64,000 nucleotides of DNA from positions 9,860,001 to 9,924,000 of the forward strand of contig CM075995.1 in NCBI GenBank assembly GCA_038087875.1. Direction: 5' to 3'. Position numbers and translations under genes: made by a program. The notes beneath the pieces were generated by a model, which was not told the DNA's origin, searched no databases, and worked only from the letters and a program-made list of their open reading frames with translations. The DNA is from Malacoraja senta. Its lineage: Eukaryota. Below are positions 51,860 through 63,951 of the stretch, piece by piece (position 1 is the stretch's first letter; each line of letters starts with the position of its first letter).

Positions 51860-53559
51860 GTAATGGCAACCGGGCAACCGAGCCGTGTGGGGACTGGGGA
51901 ACCGAGCCGAGCCGAGCGGTGTGGAGACTGGGGAACCGGGGTGGGGGTGGCATGGCGAGGCTTCCGTCAGGCAATGGCGGGGACCGGGCCGGGCCGTCGT
52001 GGAGGTCGGGCCTGGTGGGTGGGGGGAGCCTGGCCGTGGGGAAGCCTGGGTCAGGCCGTGTGATGGGGTCGGGCCGTGTGTGCGGGGGGTTGGGGAGACG
52101 GGGCGTGATAGGGGGGGGGTAGGGCCGTGTGGGGGTTCGGGAGTCTGGGCGGCGGGTGCATGCAGTCACTGGCGAACGTCCCTCGGGCCCGCCGAATTGC
52201 GTCGTTGGCCAATATCCCCGAGTAAAGTCGGCCGTGCGTGAGCCCGGGGGGGGGGGGGGGGTACTGACGGCGAGCGGGCTGCCACCGTCCCGTGTGTACG
52301 GCCCCGCACCGCCCGGCAACCACGCGGTGAACCCAGCAGCCTCAGAGCCCGTAGCTTGGGGCACAGGGGGAGGGGAGAGCGAGGGACCGGGGAGGATTGG
52401 GGGATACCGGGGTGAGTGTGGTGTTCGGGAGGGAGATGGGAGACCCGGGGTGGTAGGGGGAGGGTAGACCGGGGTGGGGGGGGGTAGAGTTTTGGGGCTA
52501 ATAGATGTGGTGAAATAAAAATAGGCGGATGCGGGATGAACAAGGCCAGGATGGTATTAGGGTGTGCAGGAAGAGGTGGGCTTGGGGGTATGGCGTGGTT
52601 TTGGTGAGTGGAATGCGCTGTATTGATACATGGAATTGGGGTGTTAAGTGTATGGAGATGGGTTGTGCTGGCAGCGTGGAGGGTATATGGTGGGAAGGGC
52701 TGGTTTTGGTATGAATTGGACTTTTGCTGGGGGCAGCAGTGGGAATAAGGATGCTGACTCAACTGTTGTTTATCCAAATGATGTTCAACAAACTTCTAGA
52801 TGTCAATTGTCTATCTTCAGCAAACTGATAATTGGGTTATTGGTGAATAATCGCTGCTGAAGCAGCACAGAGAGGTATAGGGTGAGGTGAATCATTTGTA
52901 TTTAAGCTGTAGTTAAGTGTTTGGTCAGTCATTCAGGTCCACTTGAATTACCTGTTTGAAAATGGTGTGAAGCTCGCATCTCTGGGCATTTAAGTAAGAG
53001 CATGTAATTTTAAAATTAGAGCTTGGTTTATTGAAAGCAGTTGTGTTCTTAAGCTTGACATGATGGCATGCACATCTTGTGCAGGTAGGCAAGGCCATTT
53101 ATTGCTCTGTGCAGTCATGCTCTTTGTTTAATCCAATAGATGCTGGAACCCTTGGGAAGCCCCACGTTGCAGATGATGCTGGTAGGTTTTTGAAGATGTT
53201 TCATTGCTCCATGATAATTTTGTCAACAGGAAAATGATATATAGCGTGCACTTAATTGGAACAGGCTCAGAGAGTAGTGGAGTCTGAGTCCCCAGGTTAG
53301 GCTCATTATTAATACGGACAGAGGAAACAGCCATATTCTTCCAGATAATTCATCAAATGTTGATGTTACTGGCAAGACTAGCATTTAATTTCCCATTTTA
53401 GTTGCCATTGATAAAATGGTGGTGAGTTTTGAACAGCTGCAGGCTAGTCCTTCTGGTGAAGATGCCCTAATGCGGCTGAGATTTAGACCCTCAATGGTAA
53501 CACTTGTGCCCAACCTTTAGCCCCTATTCATCATATGAGGTATCAGGAGATTTCCTTGC

Positions 53560-56010
53560 CTGTGTCATGATGGCTGGATTCTTATTTTGACAACTCCCAA
53601 GGGTTTCTCCAGGATGTTTCTTGAAATGGAGCATTTCAGTTATGAGGGGAAACTGGGCTAGATTTATTTTCCTTGAGTATGGGTGGCTGAAGGAAGGCCT
53701 GGTTTGGTATACAAAATTATGTTGGGCATGGATAGAAAGGACAAAGAAACTTTTTCCTGAAGGCAGACCTGTCCACAACTAGAAGGCATGGTCAAAGGTA
53801 AGGAATAGGAAGTTTAAAGGGCATCTGAAGAGGAATTTATTTCACCCAAAAGGTAATTGGAATCTTCGCACACTGGACAAAGAGGCAGATACTTTCACAA
53901 TTTAAGTATCTAGGCTAGTGCCTAAATTGCCAAGACATCGGCCATAAAATGAGAGCTGGATTATGCAATCTGTGTAAATGATACCTGATGACTGGTATGG
54001 ATGTGCTGTGCGATGGGTCAAAGTGCCCACTTCTGTGAATTTTGACGACTCCCTGCCTGTTCAGAGGTGTCAAGTTATACAGCATGGAACCAAGTCCTTT
54101 GGCCCAATTTGTCCATGCTGGCCAAGGGCCTATTTTGTGCTGAATGACTTTATGACTTTACAAGGTGCCGAACAGAGCTTGTCCCATTTGCCTGTGCTGA
54201 CCTGTTTTCCTCCAAACCTTTCCTTTCCATTTACAAGTGTCTTGAATGTCCTCATTGTACCTGCCTCCACTGCTTCCTCTAGCAGCTGCTCTCATCTATT
54301 TTCCTCTCTGATCTTTTCTAAATCTTTCCCCTTCCACCTTTATGCCTTCTAGTTTTAGACTGTACCACCTTGGGAAAAGACTGTAGCTATTCACCTTATC
54401 TATGCCTGTCATGGTGCTTCAGTGAAAAAAAAAAGGCCTCTTTATAACTCAAGCTTTCCCAGTAACATCCTCAAATCTAGTTTGCATCCTTTCCAGTTTA
54501 AAGACATCCTTCCTATAGTAGGGCAACCAGAACTCTACGCTGTTCGAAGGCAAGTGCTAGATGTCGCTTCTATGCCCTGTCTACCTATGTCACCTCTCAT
54601 AGAACTATGTATCTGCACTCTTAGGTCTAAATGTGGATAATGTGGAGTATCTTGTGGATAAATATGAGGTTATCCACTTTAGTGGCAAGAACAAAAGGCA
54701 GATTATTATCTGAATGGTGTCCGTTTAGGAAAAGGGGCGGTGCAATGAGACCTAGGTGTCCTTGTACATCAATCACTGAAGGTAAGCATACAGGTACAGC
54801 AGGCAGTGAAGAAAGCTAATGGCATGTTGGCATTCATAGCGAGAGGATTTGAGTATAGGAGCAAGGAGGTCCGTCTGCAGTTGTACAGGGCCCTGGTGAG
54901 ACCGCACCTGGTGTTGTGTGCAGTTTTGGTCTAATTTGAGGAAGGACATTGGGGGAGTGCATTGTTAGTTCACCAGGTTAATTCCCGGGATGGCAGGACT
55001 GACATATGATGAAAGAATGGGTCGACTGGGCTATATTTACTGGGAATTTAGGATGAGAGGGGATCTGATAAAAACATGTTGTGAATCTGTGGAATTCTCT
55101 GCCACAGAAGACAATGGAGGCCAATTCACTGGATATATTCAAGAGAGAGTTAGATATAGCTCTTAGGGCTAATGGAATCGAAGGATATGGGGAGAAAGCA
55201 GGAACAGGGTTCTGATTCTGGATGATCAGCCATGATTATATTAAATGGCAGTGCTGGTTCGAAGGCCTACTCCTGCACCTATTTTCGATGTCTGTTATTT
55301 TTCACACTCCCCCACCAGCCCTCCAATGTACTGTGTAAGTCCTGCCCGAGTTTGTCTTTCCAAAATACAATAGTTTGCACTTATCTGATTAATCTATCTG
55401 CCATTCCTTGGGCCAGTTGTTCAATGGTGCTTTATTATCAAATATACCCAGATACAGTGAAATTCCTTTTTGTGCATACAGTTCACTAAAAATCTTACTA
55501 TGCTTAAGCACAGCAATACAAATACAAGAGTGTAAGGACATAAATTACGCTGAGGTAGCATGCAAGAACCTCCATGTTCTGGCGCCATTTTGCATTCTTC
55601 AGGTGTCAAAATTCTATAAAAAATAGTCCTAATATGGCCGTTGATCTGGTGGCAGGCACTGGGTTGGAGTTTCAGGGGCTTGCCCACCCTGGCAATGCTG
55701 TTGATGTCCTCCGCTGTTGAAGACTGTGTCTGAATCTGCCTGCTCGGCAACATCCAATCCAATTGATCACCTCCGCTACTGGAAAGCCTCCAGCAGCCCA
55801 TTCCATCAACAATCGACCTAGACACATTAAGCTTGCGAAAGCGCTATCCCTTGATCCGCATGACCTTGTGTAATCTTAGATAACCATTACTGTCTGTTGT
55901 ACCACCAATTTTAGTGTCATCTGAAAACGTAGTAAGCATGCAACCTACATTCACATCCAAATTGATCATAAAGATAATGAACAACAGTGGCTCCAGCACC
56001 AATCCTTGTG
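53560..56010. mobile_element. Intronic CR1 fragments, old and younger
   Basis: CR1 motifs at ~53600-53950 (+), ~54250-54630 (-), 54630-55290 (+; QQAVKKANGMLAFI type) and ~55850-56010 (-). Confidence 0.8.
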
Positions 56011-56099
56011 GCACACACTTATCTCATGCATGAGATTTCTCCGCGGATTTTGAAATTCGTTAAGAAAATCTAAATCTCTATAAATCTATAAATGGCTTT

Positions 56100-56317
56100 C
56101 CGTGAGACAGTGGGGGGACGGGACGGGACGCCTATTGGACGAGAGGGAAGTCGGTCAGCAGGCAGTGGGGGGGCGGGATATGATGATTCAGCGTGATGAT
56201 TGGAGGAGGGAGGCGGAATGGGGGGGCGGAATTGAGGATAGAGAGCGGTGATTGGAGGCGTCGGGGGTGGGGCAAGACGAGGCCTGGTGGAGCGAGGCGC
56301 TGGGGCAGGGAACGCAG
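56100..56317 (+). promoter_or_regulatory. Second GC-rich promoter / alternative first exon
   Basis: ATTGG (inverted CCAAT) at 56134, 56199 and 56251; GGGCGG boxes; (GGGAC)3; donor CAG|GTAACG at 56317/56318. Confidence 0.6.
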
Positions 56318-56439
56318 GTAACGGTGGCCCTGGGGGAGGGCAGCGGGAGAGTGGGCACTGGACTGGGAAAGGCCGGGATGCAGCTGCAGGGCCGGGGCAA
56401 TAAGCTTTTTAAAGCAAGTAGAGAGGGTTTGTGTGAGCC

Positions 56440-56785
56440 CTGGTGAGCAGAGGTGGGGGGGGGGGGGTTCCTGTGAGTGTGAGTAAAGGTGAGGGGACGT
56501 CCCTGGGAGTGAGCAGTGAGGGGTTCTCTGAGTGTGAGCAGTGAGTGAGCAAAGGTGGGGTTTCCTGTGAGCAGTGAGGGGGTCCCTGTGAGTGTGAGCA
56601 AAGGTGAGGGATTTCCTATGAGGGGGTTCCTTGAGAGTGAGTAAAGGTAAGGGGGGACTCTGAGCAGTTAGGGGGTTCCCTGTGAATGAGAAAAGGTGGG
56701 GGGTTTCCTGTGAGTGAGCAGTGAGGGGGTCCCTGTGAATGTGAGCAACGGTAGGGTTCCTGTGAGTGGGGAAGACCCTGTGAGA
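56440..56785. repeat. Degenerate minisatellite
   Basis: Recurrent gtgagcagtgaggggg(t)ccctgtgagt and aaaggtgggg units. Confidence 0.85.
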
Positions 56786-56892
56786 AATTACGGGTGAACA
56801 GGCAAGAAAACGGTGCCATTTCCAGGTACAATTATCACACAAAGATCTGCATAAAATCTGCTGGACCCCCATCTCTCTTCCTCTTTTTTCAG

Positions 56893-56955
56893 TTTTTCCT
56901 GTCCCTTGCCTGCTTATTATAACATGTCTCCGGTTTGTTTACGTTTTAAGCCGAG
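56893..56955 (+). other. Candidate 63-nt internal exon
   Basis: Acceptor ctctcttcctcttttttcag and donor GAG|GTATGA in non-repeat sequence. Confidence 0.45.
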
Positions 56956-57932
56956 GTATGATGTATGGTTTTATTTCTGTTTTTATAGCTGTTTTATTTC
57001 TGCTTCAACATTATGGTAATATTACAATATTTCTCAGCCATTTTAGAGGGCATGTAAGAGTCATCCATGTATGATCACAAAATTCCATATAGAATAAAGA
57101 AAACGTTTTCTTTCCTTATCTGTGCTCCCTAATTATAGATGTTCCTTGGAGCAAGTGACATCTAACCTGTCCCAACCCACAGAATCTTGTTTCCGCATGA
57201 TCCTTTCATTCTGATGAGTGTATCCAATTTGATCAACCTTTCCTCAAGACAACTCCTCCATTCCCCAAATCACGCTAGTGAGGAGACCAAAATTGTACAT
57301 TTAATTGGAACCAGTACTTAGAATTAAGCTTCCACAGTGCAAATTTTGTACATCCAATTCTTGGAATAGTTGTTTAAAATATACCCCCAGTACAGATCGT
57401 AATGGACTACTTAACAGCAGCATTTGTTAATATGTAAGCAGTGTGCTGCAGTTTACTGATAAAACATTTTCCTTCCTCCCACCCCTGTCCTCCAAAGTTG
57501 CTGCCTGACTCAGAGTTACTCCAGCACTGTCTTCTATTTGATTGTATCCATTGCTGTTTGTGAACTCTGCCACAGAAGGCAGTGGATGCCAATTCGCTGG
57601 ATGTTTTCATGAGAGAGTTAGATTTAGCTCTTAGCGCTAAAGGAATCAAGGGATATGGGGAAAAAGCAGGAACAGGGAACTGATTTTAGATGATTAGCCA
57701 TGATCATATTGAATGGCACGCTGGCTCGAATGGCCTACTCCTGCACCTATTTTTCTACGTTTCTATCTGGTTGTCTGGGTTTGACCCATATCCCTCAAAT
57801 CTTTGTTTTCCATGTACCTGTCCAATGTCCCTAAAACGTTGTAATTGTATCTACCTGGCCCGCTTCCTTTGGCATCTTTGTTCCATACATGTACTACCTT
57901 CTGTGGAAAATGCTGCCCCTTGGGTTCCTATT

Positions 57933-60278
57933 GGGTATTGAGTAATGAGGAAGGGTTAGTTAGCAGACTTGTGCGTGCCCCCTTGGGCAAGAGTGACCAT
58001 AATATGGTTGAGTTCTTCATTAGGATGGAGAGTGACATTGTTAATTCAGAAACAACGGCTCTGAACTTAAAGAAAGGTAACTTTGAGGGTATGAGACGTG
58101 AATTGGCCAAGATTGACTGGCAATTAGTTCTAAAAAGGTTGACGGTGGATATGCAATGGAAGGCATTTAAAGACTGCATGGATGAACTACAAAAATTGTT
58201 CATCCCAGTTTGGCAAAAGAATAAATCAGGGAAGGTAGTGCATCCGTGGATAACAAGGGAAATCAGGGATAGTATCAAAGCAAAAGATGATGCGTACAAA
58301 TTAGCCAGAAAAAGCAGCATACCAGAGGACTGGGAGAAATTCAGACACCAGCAGAGGAGGACAAAGGGCTTAATTAGGAAAGGGAAAATAGATTATGAAA
58401 GGAAACTGGCAGTGAACATAAAAACTGACTGCAAAAGTTTTTATAGATATGTGAAGAGAAAGAGATTAGTTAAAACAAATGTAGGTCCCTTGCAGTCAGA
58501 AACAGGTGAATTGATCATGGGGAACAAGGATATGGCGGACCAATTGAATAACTACTTTGGTTCCGTCTTCACTAAGGAAGACATAAATAATCTGCCGGAA
58601 ATAGCAGGGGGCCGCGGGTCAAAGGAGATGGAGGAACTGAGTGAAATCCAGGTTAGTCGGGAAGTGGTGTTGGGTAAATTGAATGGATTAAAGGCCGATA
58701 AATCACCAGGGCCAGATAGGCTGCATCCCAGAGTACTTAAGGAAGTAGCTCCAGAAATAGTGGATGCATTAGTGATAATTTTTCAAAACTCTTTAGATTC
58801 TGGAGTAGTTCCTGAGGATTGGAGGGTAGCAAACGTAACCCCACTTTTTAAGAAGGGAGGGAGAGAGAAAACGGGGAATTACAGACCAGTTAGTCTAACA
58901 TCGGTAGTGAGGAAACTGCTAGTCAGTTATTAAAGATGGGATAGCAGCACATTTGGAAAGTGGTGAAATCATTGGACAAAGTCAGCATGGATTTACGAAA
59001 GGTAAATCGTGTCTGACGAATCTTATAGAATTTTTCGAGGATGTAACTAGTAGAGTGGATAGGGGAGAACCAGTGGATGTGTTGCATCTGGACTTTCAGA
59101 AGGCTTTTGACAAGGTACCACATAAGAGATTAGGATACAAACTTAAATCACACGGTATTGGGGGTTCAGTATTGATGTGGATAGAGAACTGGCTGGCAAA
59201 CAGGAAGCAAAGAGTAGGAGTAAACGGGTCCTTTTCACAATGGCACGCAGTGACTAGTGGGGTACCGCAAGGCTCAGTGCTGGGACCCCAGCTATTTACA
59301 ATTTATATTAATGATCTGGACGAGTGAATTGAAAGCAACATCTCCAAGTTTGCGGATGACACTAAGCTGGGGGTCAGTGTTAGCTGTGAGGAGGATGCTA
59401 GGAGACTGCAAGGTGACTTGGATAGGCTGGGTGAGTGGGCAAATGTTTGGCAGATGCAGTATAATGTGGATAAATGTGAGGTTATCCACTTTGGTGGCAA
59501 AAACGGGAAGGCGGACTATTATCTAAATGGTGGCCGATTAGGAAATGGGGAGATGCAGCGAGACCTGGGTGTCATGGTACACCGGTCATTGAAAGTAGGC
59601 ATGCAGGTGCAGCAGGCAGTGAAGAAAGCGAATGGTATGTTGGCCTTCATAGCAAGAGGATTTGAGTATAGGAGCAGGGAGGTTCTACTGCAGTTGTACA
59701 GGGTCTTGGTGAGACCACACCTGGAGTATTGCGTACAGTTTGGTCTCCAAATCTGAGGAAGGACTTTATAGCCATAGAGGGAGTGCAGAGAAGGTTCACG
59801 AGACTGATTCCTGGGATGTCAGGACTTTCATATGAAGAAAGACTGGATAGACTTGGCTTATACTCGCTAGAATTTAGGAGATTGAGAGGGGATCTTATAG
59901 AAACGTACAAAATTCTGATGGGGTTGGACAGGCTAGATGCAGGAAGATTGTTCCCGATGTTGGGGAAGTCCAGGACAAGGGGTCACAGCTTAAGGATAAG
60001 GGGGAAATCCTTTAAGACCGAGATGAGGAAAAACTTTTTCACACAGAGAGTGGTGAATCTCTGGAACTCTCTGCCACAGAGTGTAGTTGAGGCCAGTTCA
60101 TTGGCTATATTTAAGAGGGAGTTAGATGTGGCCCTTGTGGCTAAAGGGATCAGGGGGTATGGAGAGAAGGCAGGTACGGGATACTGAGTTGGATGATCAG
60201 CCATGATCATATTGAATGGCGGTGCAGGCTCGAAGGGCCGAATGGCCTACTCCTGCACCTATTTTCTATGTATCTATG
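57933..60278 (+). mobile_element. Young CR1 LINE, 5'-truncated (end of APE through RT)
   Basis: [62 protein letters not shown]; few disruptions. Confidence 0.95.
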
Positions 60279-60872
60279 TATTAAATATTTCCCCTCTCAA
60301 CTTAAAGTTATGCCCACTAGTTCTTGATTTCGATATCCTGGGGGAAAAGACTGCATGTGTTCATTCTATAGATGCCCCTCATGATTTTACCAGTCAGTCT
60401 CGTGCTCCAAGGAATTAAGTCCCAGCTTGCCCACCCTCTCCTTATAACTCAATCCCTCAAGTCCTGTGTCATCCTTGTAAATCTTATCTGCACTCTTTCC
60501 GTTTAGACATTTTTCCTACAGTTGGATGCCAAAAACTGAACACAGTTTTCCCAAGATAGACACAAAAAGCTGGAGTAACTCAGTGGATCAGACAGCATTT
60601 CTGAGGAAAGGAATAGGTGATGTTTTGGGTCGAGACCCTTCAGACTGAGAGTCAGAGGAAAGGGAAACAAGTGATATAGACGGTGATCACAGGGCTCTCA
60701 CTTAACTTTTTTTCTCTGTTGCCAGCCGGGCAACCATGACAGCTTTTTAGGTTGCCAAATGACAGTTTAGGTGGTCATTTAAGACGGTTTGCATGACGCG
60801 TGCGATAACGTGCTCGGACGAAATGCGTAGTTACCAGTCGGAATTATGCTCAATGAAGCATTCACATATTAT

Positions 60873-61090
60873 GTTCAATAAGGAACTGCAGATGCTGGAA
60901 AATCGAAGGTAGACAAAAGTGTTGGAGAAACTCAGCGGGTGCAGCAGCATCTACGGAGTGAAGGAAATAGGCAATGTTTCAGGCCGAAACCCATCAGTCT
61001 GAAGAAGGGTTTCGGCCTGAAACGTTGCCTATTTCCTTCGCTCCATAGATGCTGCCGCATCCGCTGAGTTTCACCAGCACTTTTGTCTAC
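60873..61090. mobile_element. Fold-back Penelope pseudo-LTR insertion with hammerhead motif
   Basis: 84-bp inverted arms 60909-60992 / 61007-61090; CATTCACATATTAT duplicated at 60859-60872 and 61090-61103. Confidence 0.8.
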
Positions 61091-61879
61091 ATTCACATAT
61101 TATTTCTGCTTCAAATAACTCACAAACTAAACATATTCACCAATCAAGACATGATATATACCACAATAACATGCAGCAAAATTATAATACATTATCTCAA
61201 CTCTTTTTACACATTGCAATTAATGCAATTTCTATTAGTTCTTTCCACTTCCAAACAAAAATGTGGTTGGATTATTCAGCATATGATCAACCTGTGTCAA
61301 TAAATCCTGGACCATGGTAACATATATGCTTAACCATGCACACTACAGATTGATGCAAGCATGTTCTCTGTGAAAGACCGAAAATTATCATGACATGGCC
61401 TTAGCATGGGTCATTATTGTTATTGGTACAGAAACACTCTCGCTTCCCACATAATTTATCCATAACAAAATATACAGGTTGCAAGGAAATTTCTAAAGGC
61501 ATTTTATGATAATAGCTGTTAAAACCGACAATACCCATCTGACAGGTTAAACATTACACTAACTGACAAGAGATGGCCAAAGTACATAACTGCAGCAAAT
61601 GTTCTTTTGGTAATATGTTTAAAGGTGTCAAAACAAATAATAACATTGGGAATTAAAACACATTTGATTGCATTCCGTTATCAAACATAGTCAATGTTCA
61701 CTCTGAAGACCATGAAGCACAATAGGGTCGGGGGGGGGGGGGTGTGAATCAATGTGTGGTGGGTAGACGGCGGGTGGGGGGGGGAGGGGGTTGAGAAGGC
61801 AATCGGTGCGCAATGGATGGATTGAGGCAGGTGAATTAGTACGTGTTGGTTGGATTATGTAAAATTGTGAGGGGAGAGT

Positions 61880-62610
61880 ACGGGGGATGTCAGTGGAGTT
61901 GAATGGGGGGTTCAGTACGGGATGGATGGGGGGGATCAGCACAGGATGAATGGGGGGTCAGTACAGGATGAATGGGGGTAGACAAAAATGCTGGAGAAAC
62001 TCAGCGGGTGAAGCAGCATCTATGGAGCGAAGGAAATAGGCAATGTTTCGGGGTGAGACCCTTCAGACTGCCCCCTCATTCTTCTTGAATGGGGGGATCA
62101 GTACAGGATGAATGGGGTGGGGGTCAGGACAGTGTATCGGAGGGCCTGTGCAAGATGAATGGGGGATCACTACAGGATGAATGAGGGGATCTGTATAGGA
62201 TGAATGGGGGATCAGTATGGGATGAATGGGGGGATCAGTACAGGATGCATGAGGGGATCAGTACAGGATGCATGAGGGGATCAGTTCAAGATGAATGGGG
62301 AGATCACTACAGGATGGATGGGGCGATTGGTGCAGGGTAAATGGAGGGTGGGTCAGTACGGGATGAATGGGAGGATCAGTGCAGTATGAATGGGGGGAGA
62401 AGTGCAGGATGGATGGGAAGGGGAGTCAGTACAGGATGAATTGGGGTCCCAGTTTAGGATGGATGGGTGGGGTGGCAGGAGAATCAATGCGAGGTGGGTA
62501 GGGTGATGAATAGATTGGGGGGGGGTAGATGGGGAGGGGAGCACAGGGGATGTCAGTGAGGACTGAATAGAGGAGGGAATGGGGATCAGTGCGGGATGGA
62601 GAGGAGGGGT
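61880..62610. repeat. ~23-bp G-rich minisatellite
   Basis: Tandem gatgaatggggggatcagtacag units, interrupted by a pLTR fragment at ~61978-62070. Confidence 0.9.
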
Positions 62611-63951
62611 CCCAGGATAAGAGTGGTGGATGGGGGCGTACAAGAGAGAGAGGGGAGGAGGGGCAGAGGAGGTGGGGAGGAAGGAAGTCAGCGCTCCTCG
62701 GACAACATCGCTCCGCTGGCTTTGCCGTCCCTGTCCAACGCCAAAGTGCCGCCACCAAAGGGGGTGGCGGTTGGGACTCCTCGCCACCGCCTCCCCTCCT
62801 CCGCCAGCCGACAGGAAGGTGCAGGGCCGAGCGGTGCAGCTCAAAGATCCTATAGCGGGGTGCGGGAGGAGGAGGCGGTGGAGCCGCTGTCGCGGCCGCT
62901 GTTCGGGGCCCGTCATTTGCTCCGACCTTTCGTCACCACGCACATAGTATCTTTGCCCCGCACAGCCGCCGCCACGAAACATCACGTTCCTATTCTCTAG
63001 AGATGCTGCCTGACCCGCGGAGTTACTCCGTTTTTTTGTGTCTATCGGTATAAACCATTGCCAAGTCGGGCAAAATGACTCGGTGTTTAGGTTGCCCGGC
63101 GGCAATTTGGGTGGTCAATGGCACCCGGGCAACCGCTAATTTCGAGCCCTGGATCACTGTCTATATCTCTCGTTTCCCTTTCCCATCTCGACGGGGATCA
63201 CTGTCTATATCTCTCGTTTCCCTTTCCCCTGACTCTCAGCCTGAAGAAGGATCTCGACCCGAAACATCACCTATTCCTTTCCCCAGAGATGCTGTCTGAC
63301 CCACTGAGTTACTCCAGCTTTTTGTGTGTATCTTCGGCTTAAACCATAATCTGCAGTTCCCTCCTACACAATATTCCCAAGTGCGGCTTTACTATTGTGT
63401 CATGCAACTGTAACATAACAATTTAATTTCTCTGCTCAATCCCCTTACTCATGAAGGCCAGTGTGCCAAAAACCATCTTCACCTTGTTCACCTGTGACAC
63501 TGCTTCCAGGGAACTGCTTGTACTGGATCCCTCTGCTCTACAGCCTATCCTAGAGCCCCACCATTCCCAAAGCTGACACTTTCTTGTATCCGTCCTCCCT
63601 GGTGAATACCGATGCGAAGTATTAATTTTGGATGTCATGTATATGCCCTCACTTCACATAAAGTCCAATAGTTCTGTTTATCATCATTGGGCCTGTAGCC
63701 TTCTATGCTGTGGCGATTGACTAGACAACAAATTAAGAGCAGGGTAGGCCATCAGGCCCATTAAGCCCGGCCTGCCATTCAATATGATAGTGTCTGATTT
63801 AGGCTTGCCGCATTCCACAGTTGGACGTATTCTGCAGATGTAATAAAGAGCAAATGGATACATGTACTTCCTAGGTATTTGTTCACCTAATATAACAAGT
63901 TTTGGAGCTTCTGATCCTGTTGTAAACAAAATTCAATCTGCTTCCTTCCAG

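Larger units (their letters stand above)
51625..52450 (+). promoter_or_regulatory. CpG-island promoter of the PUF60-like gene
   Basis: Dense CpG; YY1-type CAAGATGGCGG 51650-51660; USF-type E-box CACGTGAC 51674-51681; palindrome GCTCTCGCGAGAGC 51697-51710 containing the TCTCGCGAGA (BANP) motif; G-skew downstream. Confidence 0.85.
60690..63151. mobile_element. Non-autonomous TIR transposon (hAT-like ends, 5-bp flanking repeat)
   Basis: CAGGGCTCtcActtA / CAGGGCTCgaAattA termini, subterminal GGTTGCC/GGCAACC repeats, GATCA at 60685-60689 and 63152-63156. Confidence 0.75.
60556..63365. mobile_element. Inverted pair of Penelope pseudo-LTRs enclosing a DNA transposon
   Basis: 60556-60688 (-) and 63152-63365 (+) are inverted copies; flanked by acaca(g/a)t(t/a)ttcccaag at 60540-60555 and 63366-63381. 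Confidence 0.75.

Noticed and set aside
51473..52777. Long Pro/Arg/Gly-rich ORFs on both strands
   Set aside because: Stop-poor CpG island and (GGGAC)n repeat; only the 27-nt exon has support.
52775..52862. Possible intronic C/D-box snoRNA
   Set aside because: Imperfect C box (ATGATGT), no terminal stem and no rRNA-complementary guide that I recognise.
56040..56056. CDE/CHR cell-cycle element (cgcggattttgaa)
   Set aside because: Spacing is off and a TTTGAA hexamer alone is expected by chance.
61880..62610. CRISPR-like or coding repeat array
   Set aside because: Tandem minisatellite without unique spacers, in eukaryotic context.
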